Below are positions 9,269 through 17,644 of a stretch of DNA of 64,000 nt, in pieces (the first letter of the stretch is position 1; the number at the start of each line of letters is the position of its first letter). The translations under genes were made by a program, and so were the position numbers. A model generated the notes under the pieces. The model was not told where the DNA came from, did no database searches, and saw only the letters and a program-made list of their open reading frames with translations. Origin of the DNA: Vicinamibacteria bacterium (lineage in GTDB: Bacteria; Acidobacteriota; Vicinamibacteria; Marinacidobacterales; Marinacidobacteraceae); NCBI GenBank assembly GCA_965232015.1, contig OZ246946.1, positions 3,430,612 to 3,494,611 on the forward strand, in the 5' to 3' direction.

Positions 9269-10408
9269 TCAGTCGGTCGGCTCTCCCCCCTCGGCCGGAT
9301 CGGCGACCGGAGCGGGGACCTTGTTCGCACCGCGGGCCTCCGCCAGAGCGGCGACCCGATCCGCGAGATCGGGATCGTCCGCCGCGAACTGACGAAGCAG
9401 GGGGGCGAGGCCGGCGAGTTTCATCTGGAGGACCCGCTCGCGCAAGGCATCCGGCTTGACCACCTCGATCCAGTCCCACCACCCGATCACATGCCGGGCC
9501 ATGTCGTCCTTGCCTCCGGCGGTGAACCGAACGACGACGCTCCCGTCCTCCTCGCGGACGAGCTCCTGCGAGGGGTGGAAGACCCACTTGTCCACTTCGG
9601 GAGCGCTGGGGTGAAACCGCCACTCCACTTCGATCGGCTCCTCCCGGAACCCACCGAAGAGCTGGCGCACGTACTCGTCGAAGGCCTCGCCGTCCACCGG
9701 GCGGTAGTCGTCGAGGACCCGGACGTTCTCCATGCGATCGAGCCGGAACTGCACCGGGTTCTGGTAGCCCTCGACCCGCCCCACCAGGCATGGACGGACG
9801 CCGAAGAGGATCCCGACCGGCGAAACGCGACGGGTCCGACGCTGGCCGGCGGCGTTGGTGTAGTCGAACCGGAGGCCGCGTTCTTTCAGCAGCGCCACCC
9901 GGAGGCTGTCGTCGGTCTCGGGATCCACCCGCACCCGGGGCGCCGGACGGGCGGCCACGCCGAGCGTGCGAGCCATGTTCTCGGCATTGATGACGACCGA
10001 CTCCGACAAACCGGGAAGTTTTCTCCGCCTTTTCCGTTCCTCGATCGCCTGGCTTTCCCGGAGCGCCTCGTCCATGGTGTTCCGGAGCCTGCCGAGCCGG
10101 CCGACCTCCTGCTCGAAGTGGTGGGCCTCGAGGAGCTCCATGGCCTTGTGGATCGCCGTGAAGTCCCGGTCCTGAAGGGGCAGGCGCACCAGCGAACGGA
10201 ACCACGCGGCGTTGCGATCCACCCGGAAGACGATGCGACCCTCGTGGTTGCGACGCTCGTCGAGCGGCAGGGCGCGGCGCAGTTCGCGAATCCAGCGATG
10301 CGCGGTGCGCCGGGTGATGCCGTACTTCCGGATCAGGAACGCGTAGGTGACCTGATGGCCGGAGAGGAAGTCGTGGAACAGTTGCGAAGCTCGCTCGAGG
10401 CTCGTCAT
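9269..10408 (-). CDS. HTH + WYL domain transcriptional regulator
   Basis: 379 aa. The N-terminal HTH reads VTYAFLIRKYGITRRTAHRWIREL. The central region ...RRVSPVGILFGVRPCLVGRVEGYQNPVQFRLDRM... is WYL-like, and a C-terminal WCTD-like region follows. The much longer first-ATG ORF (to 11107) is a GC-rich extension with no sequence support. Confidence 0.6.
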   Translation of the reverse strand: MTSLERASQLFHDFLSGHQVTYAFLIRKYGITRRTAHRWIRELRRALPLDERRNHEGRIVFRVDRNAAWFRSLVRLPLQDRDFTAIHKAMELLEAHHFEQEVGRLGRLRNTMDEALRESQAIEERKRRRKLPGLSESVVINAENMARTLGVAARPAPRVRVDPETDDSLRVALLKERGLRFDYTNAAGQRRTRRVSPVGILFGVRPCLVGRVEGYQNPVQFRLDRMENVRVLDDYRPVDGEAFDEYVRQLFGGFREEPIEVEWRFHPSAPEVDKWVFHPSQELVREEDGSVVVRFTAGGKDDMARHVIGWWDWIEVVKPDALRERVLQMKLAGLAPLLRQFAADDPDLADRVAALAEARGANKVPAPVADPAEGGEPTD

Positions 10409-10538
10409 GGTGGCCCTCCCCATCCGTTGCGATGGCCCCCCGGCCCGCGCCGCGGGTGTGATCGGACACATTCTGACAGAGCGCGAGCGCGGCGCCGCCA
10501 CACTCCGACGGCCTCGCATAGCATCGCGGGCCCTGCCC

Positions 10539-11783
10539 ATGCCGCGTCGTCGCCCTCTTCTCCTGCTCGGCATGGGTTCGGTACACCGGTCGTTCCTTCG
10601 GATCCTCGAGCGGAAGGCGGGAGGGCTCGCTGCCGACGAGGGGCTCCGGTTCGAGATCGCCGCCTGCGCCGACCGAAGCGGCTTCTTCCGCGGGCCGGAC
10701 GCCTCCGGCAGCCGGCTGACCCGGGAGGCCGTCCTCGAGGTGAAGGAGAGCGGGGGAAGCCTCGGCGATCTGCCCGGAGCGGAGGCGGTCGCGCTCGACG
10801 AAGCGGTCGAGCTTGCGGGCCGCGACGGGATCCTCATGGACGCGGCTTCCATGGACATGGAGACCGGCGGCATCGGGCTGACGGCGGCGCGGGCAGCGCT
10901 GGCCCGTGGGACCTCGGCGGTTTTCGCCAACAAGTCGGCGGTCGCGCTCGCGTTCGACGAACTCGAGTCGCTCGCAGCGGCGAACGGCGCCCGGATGGGA
11001 TGGAGCGCGACCGTCTGCGGCGGGCTCCCGGTGATCAACGCCGCCCGCCGGGAGATGGTGGCGGCGCGGTTCCTCCGGGTGCGGGGCGTGTTCAACGCCA
11101 CCAGCAACCTGGTGCTGGACGAGGTGGCCGCCGGGCGGACCGTGGGCGACGCGATCCGGGAAGCTCAGGAGCGGGGGATCGCCGAGACCGATCCCACGAA
11201 CGACCTGAACGGAACCGACACCGCGGCCAAGCTCGCGATCTTCGCCCGGACGGTTCTCCGCCAATCGGTCACTTTCCGGGATGTGCCGCGGGCGGGTATC
11301 GAGGCGGCGCCGGCGCCAGGAGCGGGCGAGGTCGTCCGCCTGCTCGGCGAGGCCGTGCTCCAGCCGGAGGGGGACTACCGGCTTCGGGTCGCCCCGAGAG
11401 CCGTCCCGCGCCGCAGCTTCTTCGGCGCCATCGGCAGCCTCGACATGGCCGTCGAATGGGAGACGGACCTCTACCAGGTCCACCGCCTCGCCGCCACCGA
11501 GGGAGATGCGGGTCCGACCGCCGCCGCGATGCTGCGCGACGCGGTCCACATCGTCGGAGCGCCCTATGGAGCGCCGGACTCCCGGAGCGCCGGACTCCGC
11601 CAGTTCTCCGGGCCAGTTCTCCCGGTGGGGGCGGGGCCCGGCACCGAGAAGTCCACCCGACCGGTGCCACCCCGTCGGAGCGCCGGACTCCGCCAGTTCT
11701 CCCGGCCAGTTCTCCCGGCCAGTTCTCCCGGTGGGGGCGGGGCGGGGCGGGGCCCGGCACCGAGAGACACCCATGAAGAGTGA
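10539..11783 (+). CDS. hom: Homoserine dehydrogenase (no ACT domain); C-terminal ~70 aa read through REP-like repeats
   Basis: LLLLGMGSVHRSFLRIL is a Rossmann NAD(P)-binding motif. ...AVFANKSAVA... and ...GGLPVI...GVFNATSN... are catalytic-domain motifs. The ORF has no stop until 11783, so the tail GAPDSRSAGLRQFSGPVLP... is encoded by the repeat elements. Confidence 0.8.
   Translation: MPRRRPLLLLGMGSVHRSFLRILERKAGGLAADEGLRFEIAACADRSGFFRGPDASGSRLTREAVLEVKESGGSLGDLPGAEAVALDEAVELAGRDGILMDAASMDMETGGIGLTAARAALARGTSAVFANKSAVALAFDELESLAAANGARMGWSATVCGGLPVINAARREMVAARFLRVRGVFNATSNLVLDEVAAGRTVGDAIREAQERGIAETDPTNDLNGTDTAAKLAIFARTVLRQSVTFRDVPRAGIEAAPAPGAGEVVRLLGEAVLQPEGDYRLRVAPRAVPRRSFFGAIGSLDMAVEWETDLYQVHRLAATEGDAGPTAAAMLRDAVHIVGAPYGAPDSRSAGLRQFSGPVLPVGAGPGTEKSTRPVPPRRSAGLRQFSRPVLPASSPGGGGAGRGPAPRDTHEE
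11556..11770. repeat. REP-like element cluster (two hairpin modules + tandem CCAGTTCTCCCGG 13-mers + GGGGCGGGGC tracts)
   Basis: GGAGCGCCGGACTCC occurs 3 times. CCAGTTCTCCCGG occurs 2-3 times in tandem at two sites. Each unit is followed by TGGGGGCGGGGC(GGGGCGGGGC)CCGGCACCGAGA. Confidence 0.65.
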
Positions 11784-13185
11784 CGTCATGAAGCGTGACG
11801 TGCTGTCCCGCCGGGAAGCGCTGGGCGCCGGACTCGCCGCGGCCGGAACCGCGCTCTCCACCGCCTGCGGCGCTCCCGCAGAGCAGGCCGCCAGCGTCTC
11901 CACCCCGCCAGACGGGCCGCGGGTCGTGGTAGTCGGCGCCGGCGCCTTCGGAGGCTGGACGGCGCTGTGGCTTCTTCGCCGGGGCGCCCGGGTCACCGTC
12001 GTGGACGCGTGGGGCCCCGGCAACTCGCGCGCGAGTTCGGGCGGCGAGACCCGGGTGATCCGGGCCACCTACGGCCCCGACGCGATCTACACCGACATGG
12101 TCGTCCGCGCCCTCGCGCTCTGGAAGGAACATGCAGCGGCGTGGGATGACCGGCTGTTCACCGAGACCGGCGCGCTGTGGATGGCGGGAGACGAGGACGA
12201 CTTCGCGAAGCAGGCCGTCCCCATCCTCCGTGACCGCGGCGTCGCGTTCGAGGAGCTCGACGGGGACGAGATGGGGCGGCGGTTTCCGCAGATCCGCCCC
12301 GACGGGATCACCTACGCGCTCCACGAGAAGGGCGCCGGGTTCCTCGCGGCCCGGCGCGGCTGCCGCCGGGTCCTCGACGCCTTCCTCGCCGAGGGCGGCG
12401 ACTACCGGGAAGCCCGCGCCGAGCCGGGTGCGGTCCGCGGCGGCCGGATGGAGGACATCGGACTCTCCGACGGGAGCCGGCTCGAAGGCGATGTCTTCGT
12501 GTTCGCCGGAGGACCGTGGCTCGCCGAGCTGTTCCCCGGCTTCGATCCGCCCCTCGTCGCCCCTACCCGGCAGGAGATCCTCTACTTCGGAACCCCGCCC
12601 GGTCGGCCCGATCTCACCGAGGCCGGGCTTCCGGTCTGGGTGGAGACCGGCGAGCGTTTCTTCTACGGCGTCCCGGGGAGCGAGAACCGGGGATTCAAGG
12701 TGGCCGATGACGCCCGCGGCGCGCCCTTCGATCCCACGAACGGTGACCGCACGCCCTCGGAGGCGGCGATCCGGGCGGCGCGCGACTACATGGAGTTCCG
12801 CTTCCCGGCGATGGTGGGCGCGCCCCTGCTGGAGGCCCGGGTCTGCCAGTACGAGCAGAGCCCCGACGGGCACCTCATCGTGGACACCCATCCGGACGCG
12901 GGCAACGTGTGGATCGCCGGCGGCGGCTCGGGCCACGGCTACAAGCTGGGACCGGCGCTCGGCGAGATGTTGGCGGACCAGGTCATCGGCGACCGAGACA
13001 AGGAACCGTTCTTCGCGCTGGACCGGTTCGCCGGCGCGCTCGCTGCCGGGCCCGGCCTCGCCCCCGCCCCGCCCCCGCCCCCACCGGGAGAACTGGCCGG
13101 GAGAACTGGCCGGGAGAACTGGCCGGGAGAACTGGCCGGGAGAACTGGCGCCGGACTCCAGTCCGGCAATGAGAGGCATCCATGA
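11773..13185 (+). CDS. FAD-dependent oxidoreductase (DAO / sarcosine-oxidase-beta-like), Tat-exported lipoprotein, paralog 1
   Basis: Tat motif SRREALGAGLAAAG plus lipobox LSTAC, then VVVVGAGAFGGWTALWL (GxGxxG dinucleotide fold) and a C-terminal ...AGGGSGHGYKLGPALGE... region. The last ~50 aa (PPPPPPGELAGRTGRENWPGELAGRTGAGLQSGNERHP) are encoded by REP-like repeats. An alternative ATG lies at 11788. Confidence 0.75.
   Translation: MKSDVMKRDVLSRREALGAGLAAAGTALSTACGAPAEQAASVSTPPDGPRVVVVGAGAFGGWTALWLLRRGARVTVVDAWGPGNSRASSGGETRVIRATYGPDAIYTDMVVRALALWKEHAAAWDDRLFTETGALWMAGDEDDFAKQAVPILRDRGVAFEELDGDEMGRRFPQIRPDGITYALHEKGAGFLAARRGCRRVLDAFLAEGGDYREARAEPGAVRGGRMEDIGLSDGSRLEGDVFVFAGGPWLAELFPGFDPPLVAPTRQEILYFGTPPGRPDLTEAGLPVWVETGERFFYGVPGSENRGFKVADDARGAPFDPTNGDRTPSEAAIRAARDYMEFRFPAMVGAPLLEARVCQYEQSPDGHLIVDTHPDAGNVWIAGGGSGHGYKLGPALGEMLADQVIGDRDKEPFFALDRFAGALAAGPGLAPAPPPPPPGELAGRTGRENWPGELAGRTGAGLQSGNERHP
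13048..13170. repeat. REP-like element with 5 tandem copies of 13-mer CCGGGAGAACTGG and terminal hairpin GCCGGACTCCAGTCCGGC
   Basis: Directly visible tandem array at 13084-13148, preceded by a GCCCCCGCCCCGCCCCCGCCCCC tract. It is in the opposite orientation to the 11556-11770 copy. Confidence 0.65.
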
Positions 13186-14420
13186 AGAAGTCTGAAGGCG
13201 TGTCCCGCCGCGAGGCGCTTTTCGCCGCCGCCGGAACAGCCCTCCCGGCCGCGCGCGCCGCGTTTGCATCACCCTCGATCCAGACCACCGGCAGCACCGA
13301 CTCCCGTCAGGTCGTGGTCGTGGGGGCCGGCGCGTTCGGCGGCTGGACCGCGCTCTGGCTGCTCCGTGGCGGGGCGCGAGTGACCCTGGTGGACGCATGG
13401 GGGCCCGGCAACTCGCGCGCCAGCTCCGGCGGAGAGTCCCGGCTGATCCGGGCGTCCTATGGTGCGAGGCGCATCTACAGCGTCATGGTGAAGCGAGCCA
13501 TGGAGATCTGGCGGGAGCACCAGAGCCGCTGGAACGAGACGCTGTTCCACGACATCGGGATGCTGCGGATGGCGGACGAGGATCGCGTCGAGCGCGACCG
13601 AGTCTCGGGCGAGATCCTGCGGGAGCTCGGACTCGCCGTGGAGGAGTTCACCCCGGACGAGCTCGCCCGCCGCTATCCCCAGATCTCTCCCGAGGGCGTC
13701 GTCTCGGCGCTTCTCGAGAAGGACGCCGGCTACCTGCTCGCCCGGCGCGGCTGCCAGCGCGTCTTCGAGACCTTCGTCGCCGAAGGCGGGGAGTCCCGGC
13801 TCGCCCTCGCCACGCCGGGGGCGATGCGCGGCGGCCGGATGCGCGACATCGGGCTCTCGGACGGCTCCCGGCTGGAAGCGGACGACTTCGTCTTCGCGGG
13901 CGGCCCGTGGCTGGCCGAACTCTTCCCCGGTTTCGATCCACCGCTCGTCCGACCCACCCGGCAGGAGGTCTTCTACTTCGGCCCTCCCGCCGGACGGCCG
14001 GACCTCACCGACGCGGGCCTTCCGGGCTGGATCGGACCCGGCCCGTTCTACGGCATCCCCGGCAACCGCCACCGTGGTCTGAAGATCGCCGACGACCGTC
14101 GCGGGGAGCCCTTCGATCCGACGCACGGCGACCGCACTCCGTCAGACGCCGGGATTCGGGCCGCGCGGGAGTACATGGAAGGCCGCTTCCCGGCGATGCG
14201 TGGCGCGCCGCTCCTCGAAGCGCGCGTCTGCCAGTACGAACAAAGCGCCGACGCGAACCTCATCGTGGACACCCATCCGGAAGCCGACAACGCGTGGATC
14301 GCGGGCGGCGGTTCCGGCCACGGCTACAAGCTCGGCGCCGCGCTCGGCGAGATGCTCGCCGCCCAGGTCCTCGGCGAGCAGGAGAAGGAACCGTTCTTCT
14401 CGCTCGACCGGTTCGGATAG
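13182..14420 (+). CDS. FAD-dependent oxidoreductase (DAO family), Tat-exported, paralog 2
   Basis: The protein is homologous end-to-end with the upstream paralog. It has Tat motif SRREALFAAAG, and its start overlaps the upstream stop (ATGA). It terminates cleanly at ...EPFFSLDRFG. Confidence 0.8.
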   Translation: MKKSEGVSRREALFAAAGTALPAARAAFASPSIQTTGSTDSRQVVVVGAGAFGGWTALWLLRGGARVTLVDAWGPGNSRASSGGESRLIRASYGARRIYSVMVKRAMEIWREHQSRWNETLFHDIGMLRMADEDRVERDRVSGEILRELGLAVEEFTPDELARRYPQISPEGVVSALLEKDAGYLLARRGCQRVFETFVAEGGESRLALATPGAMRGGRMRDIGLSDGSRLEADDFVFAGGPWLAELFPGFDPPLVRPTRQEVFYFGPPAGRPDLTDAGLPGWIGPGPFYGIPGNRHRGLKIADDRRGEPFDPTHGDRTPSDAGIRAAREYMEGRFPAMRGAPLLEARVCQYEQSADANLIVDTHPEADNAWIAGGGSGHGYKLGAALGEMLAAQVLGEQEKEPFFSLDRFG

Positions 14421-14460
14421 CCGGCCCGCTCACGGCGGCACGCGGACCGGCGTCGTCGGC

Positions 14461-14838
14461 CTACGCGAGTCGCCGGATCACGCCCAGCAGCCGGTCCACG
14501 TCGTCCCGGTTGTTGTACATCGCAATCCCGGCGCGGAGCAGACGCCCTTCCTCCTGAAACGTCACCGCCACGCCCTCGGCGTCGAGCGCCTGACTGAGCC
14601 GTGCGTGATCCAGCCCGTGGTGGAAGCTGACGATGTTGGACGGGTTCTTCGGCGGCGTGAACATCCGCATCCCGAGCGCCGCGGCGTCCTCCCGCAACCC
14701 GGCTGCAAGCGCATGGGTGTGCCCGGCGATCCGATCGAACCCGATCGGTTCGATGAACTCGAGCGCTGCGTCCATCGCGACGACGGGACCGAACGCGAGG
14801 CTCGCGTACTCGAACTTCCCGGCGCTCGCGTCGAGGCG
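14461..14838 (-). pseudogene. Class V aminotransferase (cysteine desulfurase / selenocysteine-lyase-like), C-terminal fragment separated from its N-terminus by an IS insertion
   Basis: Translation ...RLDASAGKFEYASLAFGPVVAMDAALEFIEPIGFDRIAGHTHALAAGLRE...VSFHHGLDHARLSQALDAEGVAVTFQ... matches the C-terminal domain of aminotransferase class V. Its reading frame continues from the fragment at 16345-17245 once the IS is conceptually removed. Confidence 0.6.
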
Positions 14839-14839
14839 G

Positions 14840-16344
14840 AATTCAGGCTGTGGACAAAAGCCCTTTTGGCCAGGAGTGGAGATGCTGGTATGGCACCTGG
14901 CGCGGCATGAAATGTGACGACGCCGGAAGCCGAGCAAGCCGAAATCGCGTCCCGAGGACGCCCCGCAGCCTCCAGAGGGCCCGGAAACGGCTCTGAAGGC
15001 GTCTCAGGCGCTCAAAATGCGACATCCGCGCCAGGCGCCGATACCGCTGCAGCGTTCTCGGCGTCCCGACCCCATACCGCGTCCGCATCAGCAGCCCCAG
15101 ATTGAACGCCGCAGCGTGGATCTGGAGTCGTTTGCCGATGTTCTCCCGCCCCCGCAGATACAGCCGCCGCAGCCCGCCGGTCTCGTAGCAGTGCGCGAAC
15201 GAACGCTCCACCACCTCCCCTCGCCGCGCAAGCCACCCCTTCGCGCAGGACCGCCGGATCCGACGCCGGTTCAGATACACCGCTTTCTTCTCCTCCTCCT
15301 TCCCCGCCCACTTCCGCCGCCCCCGCTGCGGCTCCGCCACATACGACCGCAGCCCCTTCCGCTTCAGCCCCACCATCGTCTCGTCGGAGTGATACCCCTT
15401 GTCGCACACCACCACCCGCACCTTTCCCCGCTCCACCTCCGCGTCCTCCAGCCGCGCCTCCATCTCCTCCACCGTCGTCTCCAGCGTCTTCGTGTCCCCC
15501 TGGTCTCCCGGCTGAACCACCACCGCCGCCATCGCACCGGTCTCCAAGTCCACCGCATGCTCCACCTTGTGCAGCATCCGCGTCTCCCCGCTCTTCATCT
15601 TCCCGATCCGCGCGTCCGGATCCACCGGCTGCGTCCATTCCCGGTTCCATCCGGTCTTCTTCTTCCTCCTCCGCTTCCGGTCCACCCGCTTCAGATCCGC
15701 CAGCGTCGGCGTCTCGATCCCCGACTCCCGCGCCAGCCGGCGCAGAAACTCCCGATACGCCTCCCCGCTGTCCCGGCGCCGGATCGCCCGCAGCGCCGCG
15801 TTCGCCCGCAGCGTCGTCCCGTCCACCCCCAGCTTCCGCCCCCGCAGCAACTTCGACTCCCGCAGCCGTCTCAGAACCCACGTGAACACCTCCTCGTGCG
15901 CCTCCAACGAGATCCGCTTCCGCGCCTTCGACAGCGTCGAGTGGTCCCACCCCCGATCCGTCGGCCCCAGCCCCACGAACTCCTTCAGACTCAGCGAGTC
16001 CCCCAGCTGCCAGGCGATCCCACGCTCCGACGGGATGCCCTCGAAATACCCCACCATCAGCAGACGGAAGTAGCTCTCCGGCGGCATGCTCGGCCGGCCT
16101 CTCCCCGACGCGTAGAACTCGCGACAGACATCCTGCGCGTGGTCGTCGAACCCCGCCTCATCCAAAACCTGGTTCAGCCCCCGGTAAAACGCACAGCCCG
16201 GACCTCTCGCGATGTCCGTCGTCGCAATCCACAACTTCCCTGGCCGTTCCACACGGCGCTTGCCCATCGCCATGCCTACAAATTGTAGAACCCCTCACGA
16301 TCCCCGACCCCAAAGACCTTCGGACTTTTTCCACAGACTGAATT
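14840..16344. mobile_element. IS5/IS1182-family insertion sequence (~1.5 kb) with imperfect terminal inverted repeats
   Basis: Left end GAATTCAGGCTGTGGACAAAAGCCCTTTTGG (14840-). The right end reverse-complement is CAATTCAGTCTGTGGAAAAAGTCCGAAGGTCTTTGG (-16344). A single transposase ORF lies inside. The element interrupts the aminotransferase CDS. Confidence 0.7.
14843..16273 (-). CDS. IS5/IS1182-family DDE transposase
   Basis: 476 aa. ...YFRLLMVGYFEGIPSERGIAWQ... and ...KLGVDGTTLRANAA... are the N-terminal transposase_11-like region. ...VVCDKGYHSDE... carries the DDE acidic residues. It sits between the inverted repeats. Confidence 0.8.
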   Translation of the reverse strand: MAMGKRRVERPGKLWIATTDIARGPGCAFYRGLNQVLDEAGFDDHAQDVCREFYASGRGRPSMPPESYFRLLMVGYFEGIPSERGIAWQLGDSLSLKEFVGLGPTDRGWDHSTLSKARKRISLEAHEEVFTWVLRRLRESKLLRGRKLGVDGTTLRANAALRAIRRRDSGEAYREFLRRLARESGIETPTLADLKRVDRKRRRKKKTGWNREWTQPVDPDARIGKMKSGETRMLHKVEHAVDLETGAMAAVVVQPGDQGDTKTLETTVEEMEARLEDAEVERGKVRVVVCDKGYHSDETMVGLKRKGLRSYVAEPQRGRRKWAGKEEEKKAVYLNRRRIRRSCAKGWLARRGEVVERSFAHCYETGGLRRLYLRGRENIGKRLQIHAAAFNLGLLMRTRYGVGTPRTLQRYRRLARMSHFERLRRLQSRFRALWRLRGVLGTRFRLARLPASSHFMPRQVPYQHLHSWPKGLLSTA

Positions 16345-17245
16345 GGTGGCCCGGCAGCCGCTCGGCGACCTGCCCGTGCCCGTGCCGGTCCGGGATCAGC
16401 CAGTCGAGGTGTTCGCGGCGCACATAGAACGGCGCGCAGCCGAAGTCGGCGTGGAGCCACTTGTAACCGTTGCCGCAGGCGAAGTCCACCTTTTCGTCGT
16501 GGAGGCTGGTCGGAAAGGTGCCCCACGCCTGGACGGCGTCGGCGAAGAGATACGCCCCGTGGGAGTGGGCGAGGTCGGCCAGAGCGGGGATGTCGTAGCG
16601 GAAGCCGTTGCGGTTCGACACCCAGGCGACGCTGAGGAGGCGGGTTCGGTCATCGGTCTGCGCGGCGAAGTCTTCGACACTCACCACGCCGTCCCGCGAC
16701 GGGATGATCCGGAGTTCGACCCCCGCCCGGCGCTCGAGCTCGCGGTAGAGCACGAAGGTCGTCACGAAGTGCAGCTCGTCCACGACCACGTTGTCGCCCG
16801 GCCGCCAGTCCATCGCGTTCACGACGATGTTTTCGGCGTCGCTGGTGGAGTAGAGGAAGGCGAGTTCGTCCTCGTCGGCGCCGAACAGCCGGGCGAAGCG
16901 GGAACGCGCGCCCGCCACCGCCTCGCCATTCGCCACCAGCTCGCGCCGGAGCATCTTGTTGTCGGCGTAGCGGTGCAGGGCGTCGCGGACCGGAGCCGAC
17001 AGCGGTCCCACCGCCGCGTTGTTCAGGTAGGCGAGCTCCTCGGCGACCGGGAAACTGTCCCGGACCCCAAGCGGATCCGTCGCCCCGGCGGTTGAGCCCG
17101 CCGAATCCGGCCGCTCCGACTTCCCGCGACCAGCCGATTCCCCCGCGAGCGCGCTGGCGCCCGGAACAGCGGCCAGCCCGGCCGCCGCGGTGGTCCGGAG
17201 GAAGCGTCGCCGCCCCCATGAGTTGTGCTGTTCCGTCGGCTTCAT
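16345..17245 (-). pseudogene. Class V aminotransferase, N-terminal fragment with Tat signal, disrupted by IS insertion
   Basis: MKPTEQHNSWGRRRFLRTTAAAGLAAVPGASALA is a Tat signal, followed by ...AYLNNAAVGPL... and ...FACGNGYKWLHADFGCAPFYVRREHLDWLIPDRHGHG..., the PLP-enzyme N-terminal and central region. The frame runs into IS-derived codons at about 16344. Confidence 0.6.
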
Positions 17246-17644
17246 CTGGATATCCTCGGCTCGAGGGGCGCTCCCCTCCCGACCGAGTGTATGACCGCCC
17301 CGACGCACCAGATCGTGTACGGGCCCACGCCTGCCGGCCGAGATGCCCTCGAACTCGGCGCCGCTGTCGGAGGGCGTCGTCTCGACCCTGTGCTGCGCTC
17401 GGTGCGCGAGCGGGTCCGCGAGGGGCGGGGGAAGATGTCGAGGAAGCGCTGGACCAGCCGGCGCCGAGGTCGGGGGAGGCGACGGCCATGGAGCGCCGGA
17501 TCCCGGTGGCGATCCCGCGGCGGGTGTCCCCGGCGATCCGCTCGCCGGGGCGTTCGGGACCTAGCCCCCGGGCCAACTTGTTCGCGGATCGAGGTGCTAC
17601 GCTCGGGTTCGATTCGATCGCAAGGGAGGCGAGGGGACTGCTCC

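Noticed and set aside
11556-13170. Possibility that the short tandem repeats are a CRISPR array
   Set aside because: Units are 13 bp and directly abutting with no spacers. They lie inside coding sequence or at gene ends, and no cas genes are present. They fit REP/microsatellite-like elements instead.
9168-13398. Very long minus-strand ORFs 9168..12068 (966 aa) and 11269..13398 (709 aa)
   Set aside because: These are antisense to hom, the WYL regulator and the FAD oxidoreductase genes. Their translations are low-complexity (R/G/P/A) with no motifs, so they are GC-skew shadow ORFs.
15012-16288. ORFs 15012..15950 (-), 15017..16288 (+) and 15567..16073 (+) inside the IS element
   Set aside because: They are alternative frames of the transposase gene, which has clear DDE motifs in its own frame. 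Their translations are Pro/Arg repetitive.
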